This document shows, piece after piece, positions 9,422 to 19,421 of a stretch of DNA of 64,000 nucleotides; the first letter of the stretch is position 1; each line of letters begins with the position of its first letter. Origin of the DNA: an uncultured Rikenella sp. (lineage in GTDB: Bacteria > Bacteroidota > Bacteroidia > Bacteroidales > VadinHA17); contig CAZAVK010000002.1 in assembly GCA_964488645.1 (NCBI GenBank), forward strand, positions 64,830 to 128,829, given 5' to 3'. Both the position numbers and the translations under genes were made by a program. The notes under the pieces are model-generated. The model saw nothing but the letters and a program-made list of their open reading frames with translations. It made no database searches and was not told the DNA's origin.

Positions 9422-10372
9422 ATGAATGAGACACCCAGGAATTTCGGGCTCATAGGGGTGGCAGGCTATATTGCCGACCGCCATCTGCGGGCCATCAAGG
9501 AAACAGGTAACCTGCTGCTGGCCAGCGTAGACAAGTTTGACTGTGTAGGCAAGCTCGACAGCTACTTCCCCGAGAGCGACTTCTTCGTCGAGTTCGAGCG
9601 GTTCGACAGACATATAGACAAGCTCCGCAGAAGCGGCGTTAAGATTGACTATGTGAGTATCTGCTCACCCAACTACCTTCACGACTCACACATCCGGTTC
9701 GCACTGCGACAGGGTGCAGATGCCATCTGCGAGAAGCCGGTGGTGCTCAACCCGTGGAATATTGATCCTCTCAGGGAACTGGAGCAGGAGACCGGCCAGA
9801 GGATATACAATATCCTTCAGCTCAGGCACCACCCGGTGATCATGGGACTGCGCGACCGTATCAGGAGTACCCCGCCGAAGCGGAAGCATGACATCGACCT
9901 CACCTATATCACCAGCCGCGGCAACTGGTACCATTTCTCATGGAAGGGTGACGTGAACAAGTCGGGCGGCATAGCCACCAATATCGGGGTCCATTTCTTC
10001 GATATGCTGGGGTGGATCTTCGGACCCCTGGTATCGAACAGGGTCCACCTGCTTGACCGTGACAAGGCCTCGGGTTACCTTGAGCTGGAGAATGCCCGTG
10101 TCAGATGGTTCCTCAGCATCGACTGGAATGACCTGCCTGACCAGGTGAAGAGACAGGGTAAACGCACCTACCGCAACATCACCATTGATGGTGAGGAGCT
10201 CGAGTTCTCGGAAGGATTCACCGACCTCCACACCATCACCTACCGCGAGATCCTTGCCGGAAACGGGTTCGGGCTGGAAGAGGCGCGCCAGAGCATAGAG
10301 ACAGTATACCAGATAAGAAACTCGGCACTCTCGGTGCTGACAGGAGAATACCATCCATTGATAAAAAAATGA
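9422..10372 (+). CDS. Gfo/Idh/MocA-family oxidoreductase (WbpB-like)
   Basis: N-terminal Rossmann segment FGLIGVAGYIADRH, length about 316 aa, and position between the WbpD-like and WbpA-like genes. Confidence 0.75.
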   Translation: MNETPRNFGLIGVAGYIADRHLRAIKETGNLLLASVDKFDCVGKLDSYFPESDFFVEFERFDRHIDKLRRSGVKIDYVSICSPNYLHDSHIRFALRQGADAICEKPVVLNPWNIDPLRELEQETGQRIYNILQLRHHPVIMGLRDRIRSTPPKRKHDIDLTYITSRGNWYHFSWKGDVNKSGGIATNIGVHFFDMLGWIFGPLVSNRVHLLDRDKASGYLELENARVRWFLSIDWNDLPDQVKRQGKRTYRNITIDGEELEFSEGFTDLHTITYREILAGNGFGLEEARQSIETVYQIRNSALSVLTGEYHPLIKK

Positions 10373-11664
10373 ATATGTACGAAAAGCTGCTGAACAAGGA
10401 GACAAAGATTTCATTGATAGGTCTTGGCTATGTAGGCCTTCCCATTGCACTTGAATTTGCCAGGAAGCTCAGCGTGATAGGCTTTGATATCAGGCCTGAC
10501 CGCATCGGGCTGATGAAGCAGGGCATTGATCCCAGCAATGAGCTTGGCCCGGAGGCCTTTGAGGGCACAGACATACTCTTTACCTCTGATCCTGAAGATC
10601 TCCGCCAGGCCTCATTCCATATAGTTGCCGTTCCCACCCCGGTCACCAGGCACAACCTGCCCGATCTCGGGCCGGTGCTGAGTGCCTCGGAAACAGTGGG
10701 CCGTATCCTCAAGAAGGGTGACTACGTTGTCTATGAGTCAACCGTCTATCCCGGCTGTACCGAGGATGAGTGCCTGCCGGTGCTGGAGCGGTTCTCGGGC
10801 CTGAAGTGCCCGGCCGACTTCAAGACAGGCTTCTCGCCCGAGCGTATCAACCCGGGTGACAAGAACCATACCCTCACCCGCATAATCAAGGTGACCAGCG
10901 GCTGCGATGATGAATCGGCAGAAACCATTGCCCGAGTCTATGAGCTGATCATCGAGGCCGGCGTGCACCGCGCATCATCAATCAAGGTCGCCGAGGCAGC
11001 CAAGATCATCGAGAATACCCAGCGCGATATCAACATCGCTTTCATGAATGAGCTGTCAATCATATTCAACCGCATGGGCATCAATACCTACGAGGTGCTT
11101 GAGGCTGCCGGCACCAAGTGGAACTTCCTGAAGTTCTATCCCGGCCTGGTGGGAGGACACTGTATCGGTGTCGATCCCTACTACCTCTCGTTCAAGGCCA
11201 AGGCGCTGGGCTACCACCCGCAGATGATCGACTCGGGGCGCTTCACCAATGACAGCATGGGGGCCTATGCCGGAAAGGAGACGGTGAAGAAGCTCATCGC
11301 CGCACGGAAGAGCCCCGACAGGGCACGGGTGCTGGTGATGGGCATGACCTTCAAGGAGGATGTCACCGATATACGCAACTCGAAGGTGATCGATGTGGTG
11401 AGAGAGCTGCGTGACTTCGGAGTCGCCGTTGATGTGATCGATCCGGGAGCCTCCCCCGGTGAGGTGATGCACGAGTATGGCATCACCCTCAGCAAGCAGC
11501 CGGAAGGGCGTTATGACGCCGTGGTTGTGACGGTGGCCCACAGGGAGTACCGTGACCTCGATGAGAAATACTTCATGGACCTTCTAAATGAAAAAGGGAT
11601 ACTTATAGACCTCAAGGGTCTCTACAGGAATAAGATCAAGTGGCTGACATACTGGAGCTTCTGA
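10369..11664 (+). CDS. Nucleotide-sugar 6-dehydrogenase (UDP-GlcNAc dehydrogenase family, WbpA/TviB-like)
   Basis: GLGYVGLP NAD-binding motif and catalytic GGHCIGVDP. The ATG overlaps the upstream stop (ATGA). Confidence 0.85.
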   Translation: MNMYEKLLNKETKISLIGLGYVGLPIALEFARKLSVIGFDIRPDRIGLMKQGIDPSNELGPEAFEGTDILFTSDPEDLRQASFHIVAVPTPVTRHNLPDLGPVLSASETVGRILKKGDYVVYESTVYPGCTEDECLPVLERFSGLKCPADFKTGFSPERINPGDKNHTLTRIIKVTSGCDDESAETIARVYELIIEAGVHRASSIKVAEAAKIIENTQRDINIAFMNELSIIFNRMGINTYEVLEAAGTKWNFLKFYPGLVGGHCIGVDPYYLSFKAKALGYHPQMIDSGRFTNDSMGAYAGKETVKKLIAARKSPDRARVLVMGMTFKEDVTDIRNSKVIDVVRELRDFGVAVDVIDPGASPGEVMHEYGITLSKQPEGRYDAVVVTVAHREYRDLDEKYFMDLLNEKGILIDLKGLYRNKIKWLTYWSF

Positions 11665-11665
11665 C

Positions 11666-12697
11666 ATGAGAAAAAAAATAATGGTCACCGGGGGTACCGG
11701 TTATATCGGATCACACACCGCTGTTGAACTGATCTCTGACGGGTTTGATGTGGTGATCATTGACAATCTCAGCAACTCAGATATCTCGGTGCTGGAAGGC
11801 ATACGTGCCATCACCGGCATCACCCCCGAGTTTCTGAAGACCGACATATGTGACATGCGGAAGCTGGAGCAGGCCTTCACCTCCGGCGGGCCTATCGATG
11901 CCATCATCCATTTTGCCGCCCACAAGGCGGTGGGAGAGTCGGTCAGCAAGCCGCTGGAGTATTACCGCAACAACCTCATCTCGCTGATGAACCTGCTCAC
12001 GATGATGGATCGGCACAACACCCCCGTGATGGTCTTCTCCTCATCATGCACCGTCTACGGCCAGCCGGAAAGACTGCCTGTGACGGAGGAGTCGCCGGTA
12101 CAGGAGGCGGCATCGCCCTATGGCTATACCAAGCAGGCGGGAGAGATAATCATTCGTGACACCATGGCTGCCAGGCCTCATCAGAAGGCCATATCACTCA
12201 GGTACTTCAACCCTATCGGGGCACACCCCTCAGCACTGATAGGCGAGCTGCCGAGAGGGATACCCGACAACCTGGTGCCCTTCATAACCCAGACAGCCAT
12301 CGGTATCAGGGATGAGCTGAAGGTGTTCGGAACCGACTACAACACCCCCGACGGGTCATGCATACGTGACTACCTGCATGTGGTTGACCTGGCCAGGGCA
12401 CATGTGACGGCGCTGCGGCGGATGCTCGACGGCAGAAACAGGTCGAACTATGAGGTGTTCAACCTCGGGATGGGCAGGGGAGTGTCTGTGCTGGAGGCTA
12501 TCGCCGCCTTTGAAAGAGCCACCGGTATCAGGCTGAAATACTCGGTGACCGGAAGAAGGGCAGGTGATATTGAGAAAATCTGGGCTGACCCCACACTCGC
12601 CAACAGGGAGCTGGGATGGAAAACGGAGCTCTCCATAGAAGAGGCCATGGAATCGGCATGGCGGTGGGAGCAGAGGGTAAGGGGAAGGCCGGTTTGA
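11666..12697 (+). CDS. galE: UDP-glucose 4-epimerase
   Basis: VTGGTGYIGSH, SPYGYTKQ (YxxxK), and length 343 aa. Confidence 0.88.
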   Translation: MRKKIMVTGGTGYIGSHTAVELISDGFDVVIIDNLSNSDISVLEGIRAITGITPEFLKTDICDMRKLEQAFTSGGPIDAIIHFAAHKAVGESVSKPLEYYRNNLISLMNLLTMMDRHNTPVMVFSSSCTVYGQPERLPVTEESPVQEAASPYGYTKQAGEIIIRDTMAARPHQKAISLRYFNPIGAHPSALIGELPRGIPDNLVPFITQTAIGIRDELKVFGTDYNTPDGSCIRDYLHVVDLARAHVTALRRMLDGRNRSNYEVFNLGMGRGVSVLEAIAAFERATGIRLKYSVTGRRAGDIEKIWADPTLANRELGWKTELSIEEAMESAWRWEQRVRGRPV

Positions 12698-12767
12698 GGA
12701 ACCGGGAGGTTGCCCGGCTGAAGGAGCGGCTCCGGTGCTGCTGACGAAGAAGTGAAAATAAACTGCT

Positions 12768-13823
12768 ATGAAAAGAGTAATACTTATCACCGGCGGAGCC
12801 GGCTTCATCGGGTCACACGTCGTCAGGCGGTTTGTGACCAGGTACCCTGACTACACCATCGTCAATGCCGACAAGCTGACCTATGCCGGCAATCTCAACA
12901 ACCTGACCGATATCGAGAAGAGGCCCAACTATCTCTTCCGCAGGATTGATATTGTCGACAAGAAGGCGATAAATGCCCTCTTTGACGAGTTCAGGTTTGA
13001 CGGGGTGCTTCACCTCGCCGCCGAGTCGCATGTTGACAGGTCAATCACTTCACCCGATGAGTTCATCTACACCAACATCGTGGGCACGGTGAACCTGCTG
13101 GCAGCCTTCCGCGACGTGAAGCCGGCCGGCGCTGAGCCTAAGCTCTTCTTCCACATCTCCACCGATGAGGTGTACGGCTCGCTTGACCAGGGCGGGTTCT
13201 TCACCGAGGAGACCCCGTATGATCCCAGGAGCCCATACTCGGCATCAAAGGCCAGTTCAGACCACATGGTCAGGGCCTTCGGCAACACCTACGGAATGCC
13301 GTTCGTGATATCAAACTGTTCAAACAACTACGGTCCCAACCAGTTCCCTGAGAAGCTTATCCCGCTTACCATCAACAATATCAAGACCATGAAACCCATT
13401 CCGGTTTATGGTCGTGGCGAGAATATCCGCGACTGGCTCTTTGTTGAGGATCATGCCTCGGCAATCGACCTGATCTTCCACGGCGGCAGGGCTGGCGAGA
13501 CATACAATGTTGGCGGCAGCAATGAGTGGATGAATATTGACCTGGTGAGGCTTCTCTGCCGGGTGATGGACCGTAAGCTGGGGCGCAGCGAAGGCACTTC
13601 GGAGAGGCTGATCACCTTTGTCACCGACCGTGCGGGCCACGATCTGCGCTATGCCATAGACAGCGGCAAGCTGCAGCGTGAGCTGGGATGGAAGCCCTCA
13701 GTCACCTTTGAGGAGGGGATGGAGAAGACCGTTGACTGGTACCTGGCCAATGAGAAATGGCTCGGGAACGTTATCTCGGGTGACTACGCCAGGTATTACG
13801 AAGAGATGTACGGCAGGAGGTAG
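12768..13823 (+). CDS. rfbB: dTDP-glucose 4,6-dehydratase
   Basis: ITGGAGFIGSH, HISTDEVYG, SPYSASKA. Confidence 0.9.
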   Translation: MKRVILITGGAGFIGSHVVRRFVTRYPDYTIVNADKLTYAGNLNNLTDIEKRPNYLFRRIDIVDKKAINALFDEFRFDGVLHLAAESHVDRSITSPDEFIYTNIVGTVNLLAAFRDVKPAGAEPKLFFHISTDEVYGSLDQGGFFTEETPYDPRSPYSASKASSDHMVRAFGNTYGMPFVISNCSNNYGPNQFPEKLIPLTINNIKTMKPIPVYGRGENIRDWLFVEDHASAIDLIFHGGRAGETYNVGGSNEWMNIDLVRLLCRVMDRKLGRSEGTSERLITFVTDRAGHDLRYAIDSGKLQRELGWKPSVTFEEGMEKTVDWYLANEKWLGNVISGDYARYYEEMYGRR

Positions 13824-13829
13824 CCGGTA

Positions 13830-15863
13830 TCACTGCCGGCCTTTTGCGGCGGGGGTCTCTCCGGGGGTCCTGCCGGCTGTCACCCGCTTCAGCCGTTCGA
13901 TCAGGCCGTCGCCCAGCTCGCTCTTCACCTTGATATGGTCAAGTATGGCCAGCACCACCCCATTCCGTTCGAAGTCACCCCTCACCTGTTCGAAATCGCG
14001 CTTCTTCACCTCATCATCACCATCAATGCCAAAGCCGGTCATTGATGAGAGGGTGAACTCCTTGCGGGCATCCTCATAGAGCATCCGGTCAAGGTCAACC
14101 ACGCTCTTCTTCCAGTTCTCGACGATGAGAATTATATCTTCTGCGGTCAGCTCCTCATTGGGTTTCCCGGTCTCGCCCGGCAGCCGGTCATATACCCAGG
14201 TCCACTCCATATCGTAGTAGCTCCTGTGTATCGCCTCAAACCGTTTGTTCACCTCGTCAGCCGATGCCACCTCCCTCGTCTCGATCGCTGACAACAGCTC
14301 TTCGATGGCGCTCAGCGGGGTTATCAGTCCTGACATATCGATCCAGTCGCCCCGTCCAGGCCCGGTATCGGGTCTCATGCGCCGCCGTATCTCCTCATCA
14401 GAGCTGAAATCGGTATCATGCAGCCGGTTGATCACCGAGTTGCCGACAAACTTGTCAATGCCCATCTGGTAAAGCATGATCCCGCGTTCTGCGGCGGTGG
14501 CCTTCATCTTCATGCGGTCAAATGATATCATGGCCTCGCCGGGGTTCTCGCCGAGCAGTTTACGGAGCAGCTCGCGGCCCTTCATCATCTTCCCGACGGT
14601 GAACGGGCTGAGCAGGTTATAGTTTATCTGGTCGAGCTTGTCGGGGTCTTTTCGTACATCGCGCCGGGGCCATTTCTGGGCATCGCGGATTGTACCCACC
14701 GAACGCAGGTTTATGGCCGGGTTGAGCTGTGACTCGTCGCTGGCCTCCACCAGGTATGAGAATGGAAAGCTTGTGGTGTCGACATTATGGTAGTGGCGCC
14801 CCACCACCAGGGTGAAGGGGCCTATGCGTGACGGCCAGAGCACATATGAGTCAGATGTGGTCTTTGACCCCCGCTCCATGATCCCCTGGTGTATCGGGCC
14901 CAGCTTGTACATATGGTTGCTCTGGTTCGACCCGCTGCCGGCATTCATGAATGAGAAGATGCCGGAGATCAGCAGGGTTGACTTGTGATGTGTGACCGTG
15001 AAGGGTCCTGCAAAGATTGAGCACGCCTCTCCGTGATAGCCTCCGCAGTTGGAGAAGAAGAGCGAGTTCTCGGCAGAGTACTGTTTTGAGAGGGTGCATC
15101 CCTGCCCGATGAAGCACTTGTCTATCACCGCCGCATCAGTCACACGTGAGCCCGAGCAGATGATGAAGTGGTCCATGATCACATCATTCCCTATCACCAC
15201 CGGGTCACTGAAGTTACTGTTCACCGAGCCCTCTGCCAGTCTCGACACATCTTCTATGACGGCGCCGCAACCTATCTTCACGTTTTTTATGGTACCGCAT
15301 CCGGCGATGTATGCCCCGGCTCCTATCGACCCCCGGTCTGACCTGACGCCCGCGGCATAGGCCATGATCATCTCCTCGATCTCCCGGATAGCCTCGGGCC
15401 TGTGCCTGTAAAGGGTAATGATATAGGCCATGTGCGATGTGAGCCGATCCCAGATGGGAACCTCCCTCCCCCCGGTCTCATTCAGCACCGCCAGCCGGGT
15501 GCCGTTGCCGAAAGAGGTGTAACCCTCGGTTGCGATGTGGCCACAGTTCCTGATAACCACATTCTCGCCGATATCATAGTTGGCAATGTAGCCGGTGATA
15601 TCTGTTATTGTAACATTGTCTGCAATGGTGCAGTTGTGTATATGAGCGTTTCTGATGCCGTGCAGCAGCGGCAGCCCTGATCTCTCTTCGGCCGCACCGT
15701 TGAACAGGCCCAGCCTCACCACCCCTGAGAAGACCACATTCTGTATCCGTTCGGCATTGAACGGCTCCCTGACAAAGACGCTCTCCCATGAGCTGCTTCT
15801 GCAGCCTGCCGCCTCAAGGCCCCGGATCTCTCCGACAGTGAGGCTCCTGTAGCCGTTGGCCAT
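13830..15863 (-). CDS. Conserved uncharacterised protein with left-handed beta-helix repeats (DUF4954-like)
   Basis: 677 aa. The N-terminal half has hexapeptide-like turns (IHNCTIADNVTITDITGYIANYDIGENVVIRNCGHIA). The family name is recalled, not searched. Confidence 0.55.
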   Translation of the reverse strand: MANGYRSLTVGEIRGLEAAGCRSSSWESVFVREPFNAERIQNVVFSGVVRLGLFNGAAEERSGLPLLHGIRNAHIHNCTIADNVTITDITGYIANYDIGENVVIRNCGHIATEGYTSFGNGTRLAVLNETGGREVPIWDRLTSHMAYIITLYRHRPEAIREIEEMIMAYAAGVRSDRGSIGAGAYIAGCGTIKNVKIGCGAVIEDVSRLAEGSVNSNFSDPVVIGNDVIMDHFIICSGSRVTDAAVIDKCFIGQGCTLSKQYSAENSLFFSNCGGYHGEACSIFAGPFTVTHHKSTLLISGIFSFMNAGSGSNQSNHMYKLGPIHQGIMERGSKTTSDSYVLWPSRIGPFTLVVGRHYHNVDTTSFPFSYLVEASDESQLNPAINLRSVGTIRDAQKWPRRDVRKDPDKLDQINYNLLSPFTVGKMMKGRELLRKLLGENPGEAMISFDRMKMKATAAERGIMLYQMGIDKFVGNSVINRLHDTDFSSDEEIRRRMRPDTGPGRGDWIDMSGLITPLSAIEELLSAIETREVASADEVNKRFEAIHRSYYDMEWTWVYDRLPGETGKPNEELTAEDIILIVENWKKSVVDLDRMLYEDARKEFTLSSMTGFGIDGDDEVKKRDFEQVRGDFERNGVVLAILDHIKVKSELGDGLIERLKRVTAGRTPGETPAAKGRQ

Positions 15864-15906
15864 AGTTTTAATTATTTAACGTTATTAACGGCTAACGTAT
15901 CTTTTC

Positions 15907-17232
15907 TCAAAATATGGTGTAGGCAAACTCCAGTTTAAAGGTCGGGTTATTGGAATTGGCCCTGAAGATCACGTTGCGTGCGGCGCTCAGCGGAAGGAAG
16001 AGTTCCACCGATGGTTCATCTATCTTGCCTGCAAGATATCGCTGGACAAATGAGGTTATATTGAAGACATAGCAATTCTCTTCGCTCTTGTAGGTACCGT
16101 CCATGAAACTGACATCAATCAGTATATCAGGTACCAGCACCTCCCGGCCGTCGCTTCTCCGGTAGCGGGCATATACCTGGGCAGGCATGTTCTTGGCCAC
16201 ATAGAGGTCTCCGTCAGTGAGTACCGGGGCGATTATCCTGGCCTTGTTGACCGACAGGTTCTGCACGTTGCGGAAATCCCGGAGTGACGGGAAGTCGAGC
16301 TTCACATAGACTCCCTGGTATGACTGCATGAAAACCGCCGTATCTGGTACCATGTCATTGACATGCTTTATCTGCTTATCAGGGTCGGCCGTGGAGCGGT
16401 CATGGGTGAACCGGTTGTAGTTCACCGCCCGGTGGGTTGCCACGAATGAGTAGTTGTACCTGAGGGTGTCTGAACGGTAAAACACGGTCAGTGCCAGCGG
16501 GTCTATGGTGGCTGTGCGCGAAGCATTGAGCTCGATCAGTATCGGTTCATCCTCACTCCTGATACCGAAATAGAGCCCCTTGAAAAACTCATTGTAGAAC
16601 TTTGCAGGCGGACGGAACATTGCGGTGTCACGGAGCAGGTACTCGCCCACCCATCTCTGCAGCTTGATGGTTGTCATCGCCCCGGCCTTCATGTCGGGAA
16701 GGCGGTATTCGCCGAGGAACTTTATGGTGTCGGGGTCCTGGGCGGAGAAGAAATCGGTGCTGTCGGTCAGCAGCGTGCCTGTCTCGTAGAGACGCAGATA
16801 CTGCACGGTGGAGGTATCACCGGTGATCTTCGCGGGAAGGAATGTCAGCAGAACCGAGTCAACCACGAAGCTCTTGCTGGTCCATGGCGACATCAGCCTG
16901 AGCTGTGTCACGAAGTCACAGTGGGTGGTGCCGAAGTAGTCATCATGAATCGTTCCGGCCAGCATCCTGGTGCTGTCAGTCGTGAGTGACTGATCATTAT
17001 ACATTGTATAGGCCCTGACCGTTATGGTATCGGTTGACTTCAGCTCAACAAAGTCGCTGCCGGGAAGGAGCGTCAGGCCGATCCTGGTAGGGTCTTCCGT
17101 GCACGCCATCAGCAGTGTCGTGAGCAGAATGATTGCGGGAAATATTTTTAGGAGCCTCCCGGCAGGCCGGGTGCCGTGGTTTTTATCTGACGGTTTCGAG
17201 AACGAGCTTGTCATAGAATTCGTTGTATGCAT
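15907..17232 (-). CDS. Lipoprotein of unknown function (DUF4270-like)
   Basis: Lipobox LLMAC. It lies downstream of the short glycogen-synthase-like gene, as in other Bacteroidota. I chose the ATG at 17232; 17214 is an alternative. The start overlaps the upstream gene's 3' end. Confidence 0.55.
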   Translation of the reverse strand: MHTTNSMTSSFSKPSDKNHGTRPAGRLLKIFPAIILLTTLLMACTEDPTRIGLTLLPGSDFVELKSTDTITVRAYTMYNDQSLTTDSTRMLAGTIHDDYFGTTHCDFVTQLRLMSPWTSKSFVVDSVLLTFLPAKITGDTSTVQYLRLYETGTLLTDSTDFFSAQDPDTIKFLGEYRLPDMKAGAMTTIKLQRWVGEYLLRDTAMFRPPAKFYNEFFKGLYFGIRSEDEPILIELNASRTATIDPLALTVFYRSDTLRYNYSFVATHRAVNYNRFTHDRSTADPDKQIKHVNDMVPDTAVFMQSYQGVYVKLDFPSLRDFRNVQNLSVNKARIIAPVLTDGDLYVAKNMPAQVYARYRRSDGREVLVPDILIDVSFMDGTYKSEENCYVFNITSFVQRYLAGKIDEPSVELFLPLSAARNVIFRANSNNPTFKLEFAYTIF

Positions 17233-18004
17233 CAATATAGTTTTCCTCTCCCTGGTAATCAAGCAGGGGCTTCCCCAGGCCGGAGATCATCTCCTTGACC
17301 TCATCACTGATCTTGTCACAGCCAAAAATTATGCCATCAGCATTCTCGGCAGCCAGCGCGGTCAGGCTGAGATAGTCGGTGTTGTCACTGATGGGCCTGA
17401 GAGCGCCGGCATCAACACCGTCTGCTATCAGCTTCTCGGTGATCTGCGGGTTCAGGGGTTTTTTAAACCCGTTATTGTAGACCGAATAGACAGACCTGGC
17501 CCTGCTGAAGAGAGGGTCGTCATGGTATACGCTTCTGAGGTAGAGGGGCACCAGTGAGGCGAGCCATCCGTGGCAATGGACTATGTCAGGGCTCCAGCGA
17601 AGCTTCCTCACAGTCTCAATAACCCCGCGTGCGAAGAAGATGGCCCTCTCATCATTGTCATCATACTCCTTGCCCGAGGCATCGGCCATGGTATGCTTCC
17701 GGTGGAAGTAGTCTTCATTGTCAATGAAATAGACCTGCATGCGGGCTGACTGTATCGAGGCAACCTTGATGATAAGGGGATGGTCGGTATCATCAATGAT
17801 GATATTCATGCCCGAAAGACGGATCACCTCATGCAGCTGATTTCTTCTTTCGTTGATTAATCCGTACCGGGGCATGAAGGTCCGGATCTCCTTCCCCCTC
17901 TCCTGTATGCCCTGCGGCAGATCACGGCTGATTTTTGAAAGTTTGGTTTCACTGAGGTAAGGCATTATCTCCTGTGAAACAAACAAAACCCTTCTGCTCT
18001 CCAT
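17183..18004 (-). CDS. Short glycogen/starch synthase-like protein (GT5 N-terminal domain type)
   Basis: VLFVSQEIMPY, TFMPRYG, HCHGW motifs. ATG at 18004 (MESRRVLF). Confidence 0.7.
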   Translation of the reverse strand: MESRRVLFVSQEIMPYLSETKLSKISRDLPQGIQERGKEIRTFMPRYGLINERRNQLHEVIRLSGMNIIIDDTDHPLIIKVASIQSARMQVYFIDNEDYFHRKHTMADASGKEYDDNDERAIFFARGVIETVRKLRWSPDIVHCHGWLASLVPLYLRSVYHDDPLFSRARSVYSVYNNGFKKPLNPQITEKLIADGVDAGALRPISDNTDYLSLTALAAENADGIIFGCDKISDEVKEMISGLGKPLLDYQGEENYIDAYNEFYDKLVLETVR

Positions 18005-18042
18005 TAATACCTCCCGAATACCTAAAGCATTAAACCGATGTG

Positions 18043-18050
18043 CAAAGATA
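18043..18050 (-). promoter_or_regulatory. Candidate -7 promoter box (TAnnTTTG)
   Basis: The reverse complement reads TATCTTTG, 38 nt upstream of the ATG at 18004. Confidence 0.35.
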
Positions 18051-18155
18051 ATAAAAAAAACAGAATTAATTTTCAAGCTAAAACAGAACGGGTTACTGAC
18101 AAAATGGTGTTAATTTGCAGGAAGGGGCAGACAGTTTTTTTAAACCACCCAATCG

Positions 18156-19013
18156 ATGAAAGTAGTAACAACTGTCAAGGAGGTCAGGGAGCATTACCGT
18201 CTTACCGTACTGCGTCATCCCGGTTTTGTGCCCACCATGGGGGCCCTGCATGAAGGGCATCTCTCGCTGGTGAGGCGGGCGGTGAGCGAGTGCCGCATGG
18301 TTGCCGTAAGCATATTTGTCAACCCCAACCAGTTCAATGACCCCAATGATCTGAAGAGCTATCCGCGTACCCTCGATGCTGACCTTGAAATGCTTTCAGG
18401 GGTGCTCCGTGAGAACGACCTGGTCTTTGTTCCGTCAGTCGGGGAGATCTACCCGGAGCCCGACACCCGCCAGTTTGATTTCGGCACGCTCGACAAGGTG
18501 ATGGAGGGAATACACCGGCCAGGCCACTTCAACGGGGTGGTTCAGGTAGTATCACGGCTGTTTGATCTGATAAGACCCTGTTGTGCCTACTTCGGGCAGA
18601 AAGATCTTCAGCAGCTCACGATCATCAGGGAGCATGCACGCCGCGAGTATCCGGATATTGAGATCATTGCCTGCCCCATTGTGCGTGAGAATGACGGGCT
18701 GGCGATGAGCAGCCGCAACCGCAGGCTGCTCACTCAGCACCGGGCCATGGCCGGCGAAATATACCGCACCCTGATCGCCGCTTCAGCAATGATCAATGAC
18801 TATGAGATAAACGAAATCAGGGAATTTGTCACCGACCGGATAAACATGATTCCGGGATTTGTCATCGAATATTTCGAGATTGTTGACGGAGAGACGCTCG
18901 TGCCGGTCAGCTCAACCTTTGAGATACAGCCCGGTAAAAGCTGCTATGGATGCATTGCCCTGTGGGCCGGCGAGGTGAGGCTCATTGACAATATCGAGAT
19001 CATACTTCGCTGA
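18156..19013 (+). CDS. panC: Pantoate--beta-alanine ligase
   Basis: PTMGALHEGHLSL, FGQKDLQQL, SSRN motifs. Confidence 0.93.
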   Translation: MKVVTTVKEVREHYRLTVLRHPGFVPTMGALHEGHLSLVRRAVSECRMVAVSIFVNPNQFNDPNDLKSYPRTLDADLEMLSGVLRENDLVFVPSVGEIYPEPDTRQFDFGTLDKVMEGIHRPGHFNGVVQVVSRLFDLIRPCCAYFGQKDLQQLTIIREHARREYPDIEIIACPIVRENDGLAMSSRNRRLLTQHRAMAGEIYRTLIAASAMINDYEINEIREFVTDRINMIPGFVIEYFEIVDGETLVPVSSTFEIQPGKSCYGCIALWAGEVRLIDNIEIILR

Positions 19014-19028
19014 GTCAAAGGATAACCT

Positions 19029-19036
19029 TATATTTG
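19029..19036 (+). promoter_or_regulatory. Candidate -7 promoter box (TAnnTTTG)
   Basis: TATATTTG lies 31 nt upstream of the panD ATG. Confidence 0.4.
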
Positions 19037-19067
19037 CACCTGCAAAAAACAATCTTGTTTCTGCAAA

Positions 19068-19418
19068 ATGACTATTGAGATTCTTAAATCGAAGATACAT
19101 AACGTCACCGTAACCGGTGCCGACCTGAACTATATCGGCAGCGTCACCATTGACGAGGATCTTATGGATGCAGCCGGGCTGATCGAGTTTGAGAAGGTTC
19201 ACGTGCTTGACCGTACCAACGGCGAGAGGCTGGTGACCTACGTTATCAAAGGACGCAGGGGCTCCGGTGATATCTGCCTGAACGGGCCGGCCGCACGCAG
19301 GATAGCCGTTGGCGATGTGGTGATCATCATGGCATATGTCAGCCTTACCCCGGAGGAGGCCCGTACATTCGCTCCCCGGATAATATTCCCCGATACCGCC
19401 ACCAACAAAATCATCTGA
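19068..19418 (+). CDS. panD: Aspartate 1-decarboxylase
   Basis: [24 protein letters not shown] (contains the Gly-Ser self-cleavage site). 116 aa. Confidence 0.93.
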   Translation: MTIEILKSKIHNVTVTGADLNYIGSVTIDEDLMDAAGLIEFEKVHVLDRTNGERLVTYVIKGRRGSGDICLNGPAARRIAVGDVVIIMAYVSLTPEEARTFAPRIIFPDTATNKII

Positions 19419-19421
19419 GAC

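Noticed and set aside
17183-17232. 50-bp overlap between the DUF4270-like start and the 3' end of the glycogen-synthase-like gene, as a possible frameshift or fusion.
   Set aside because: Both ORFs are intact in different frames. The overlap depends only on the choice of start codon (ATG at 17232 or 17214).
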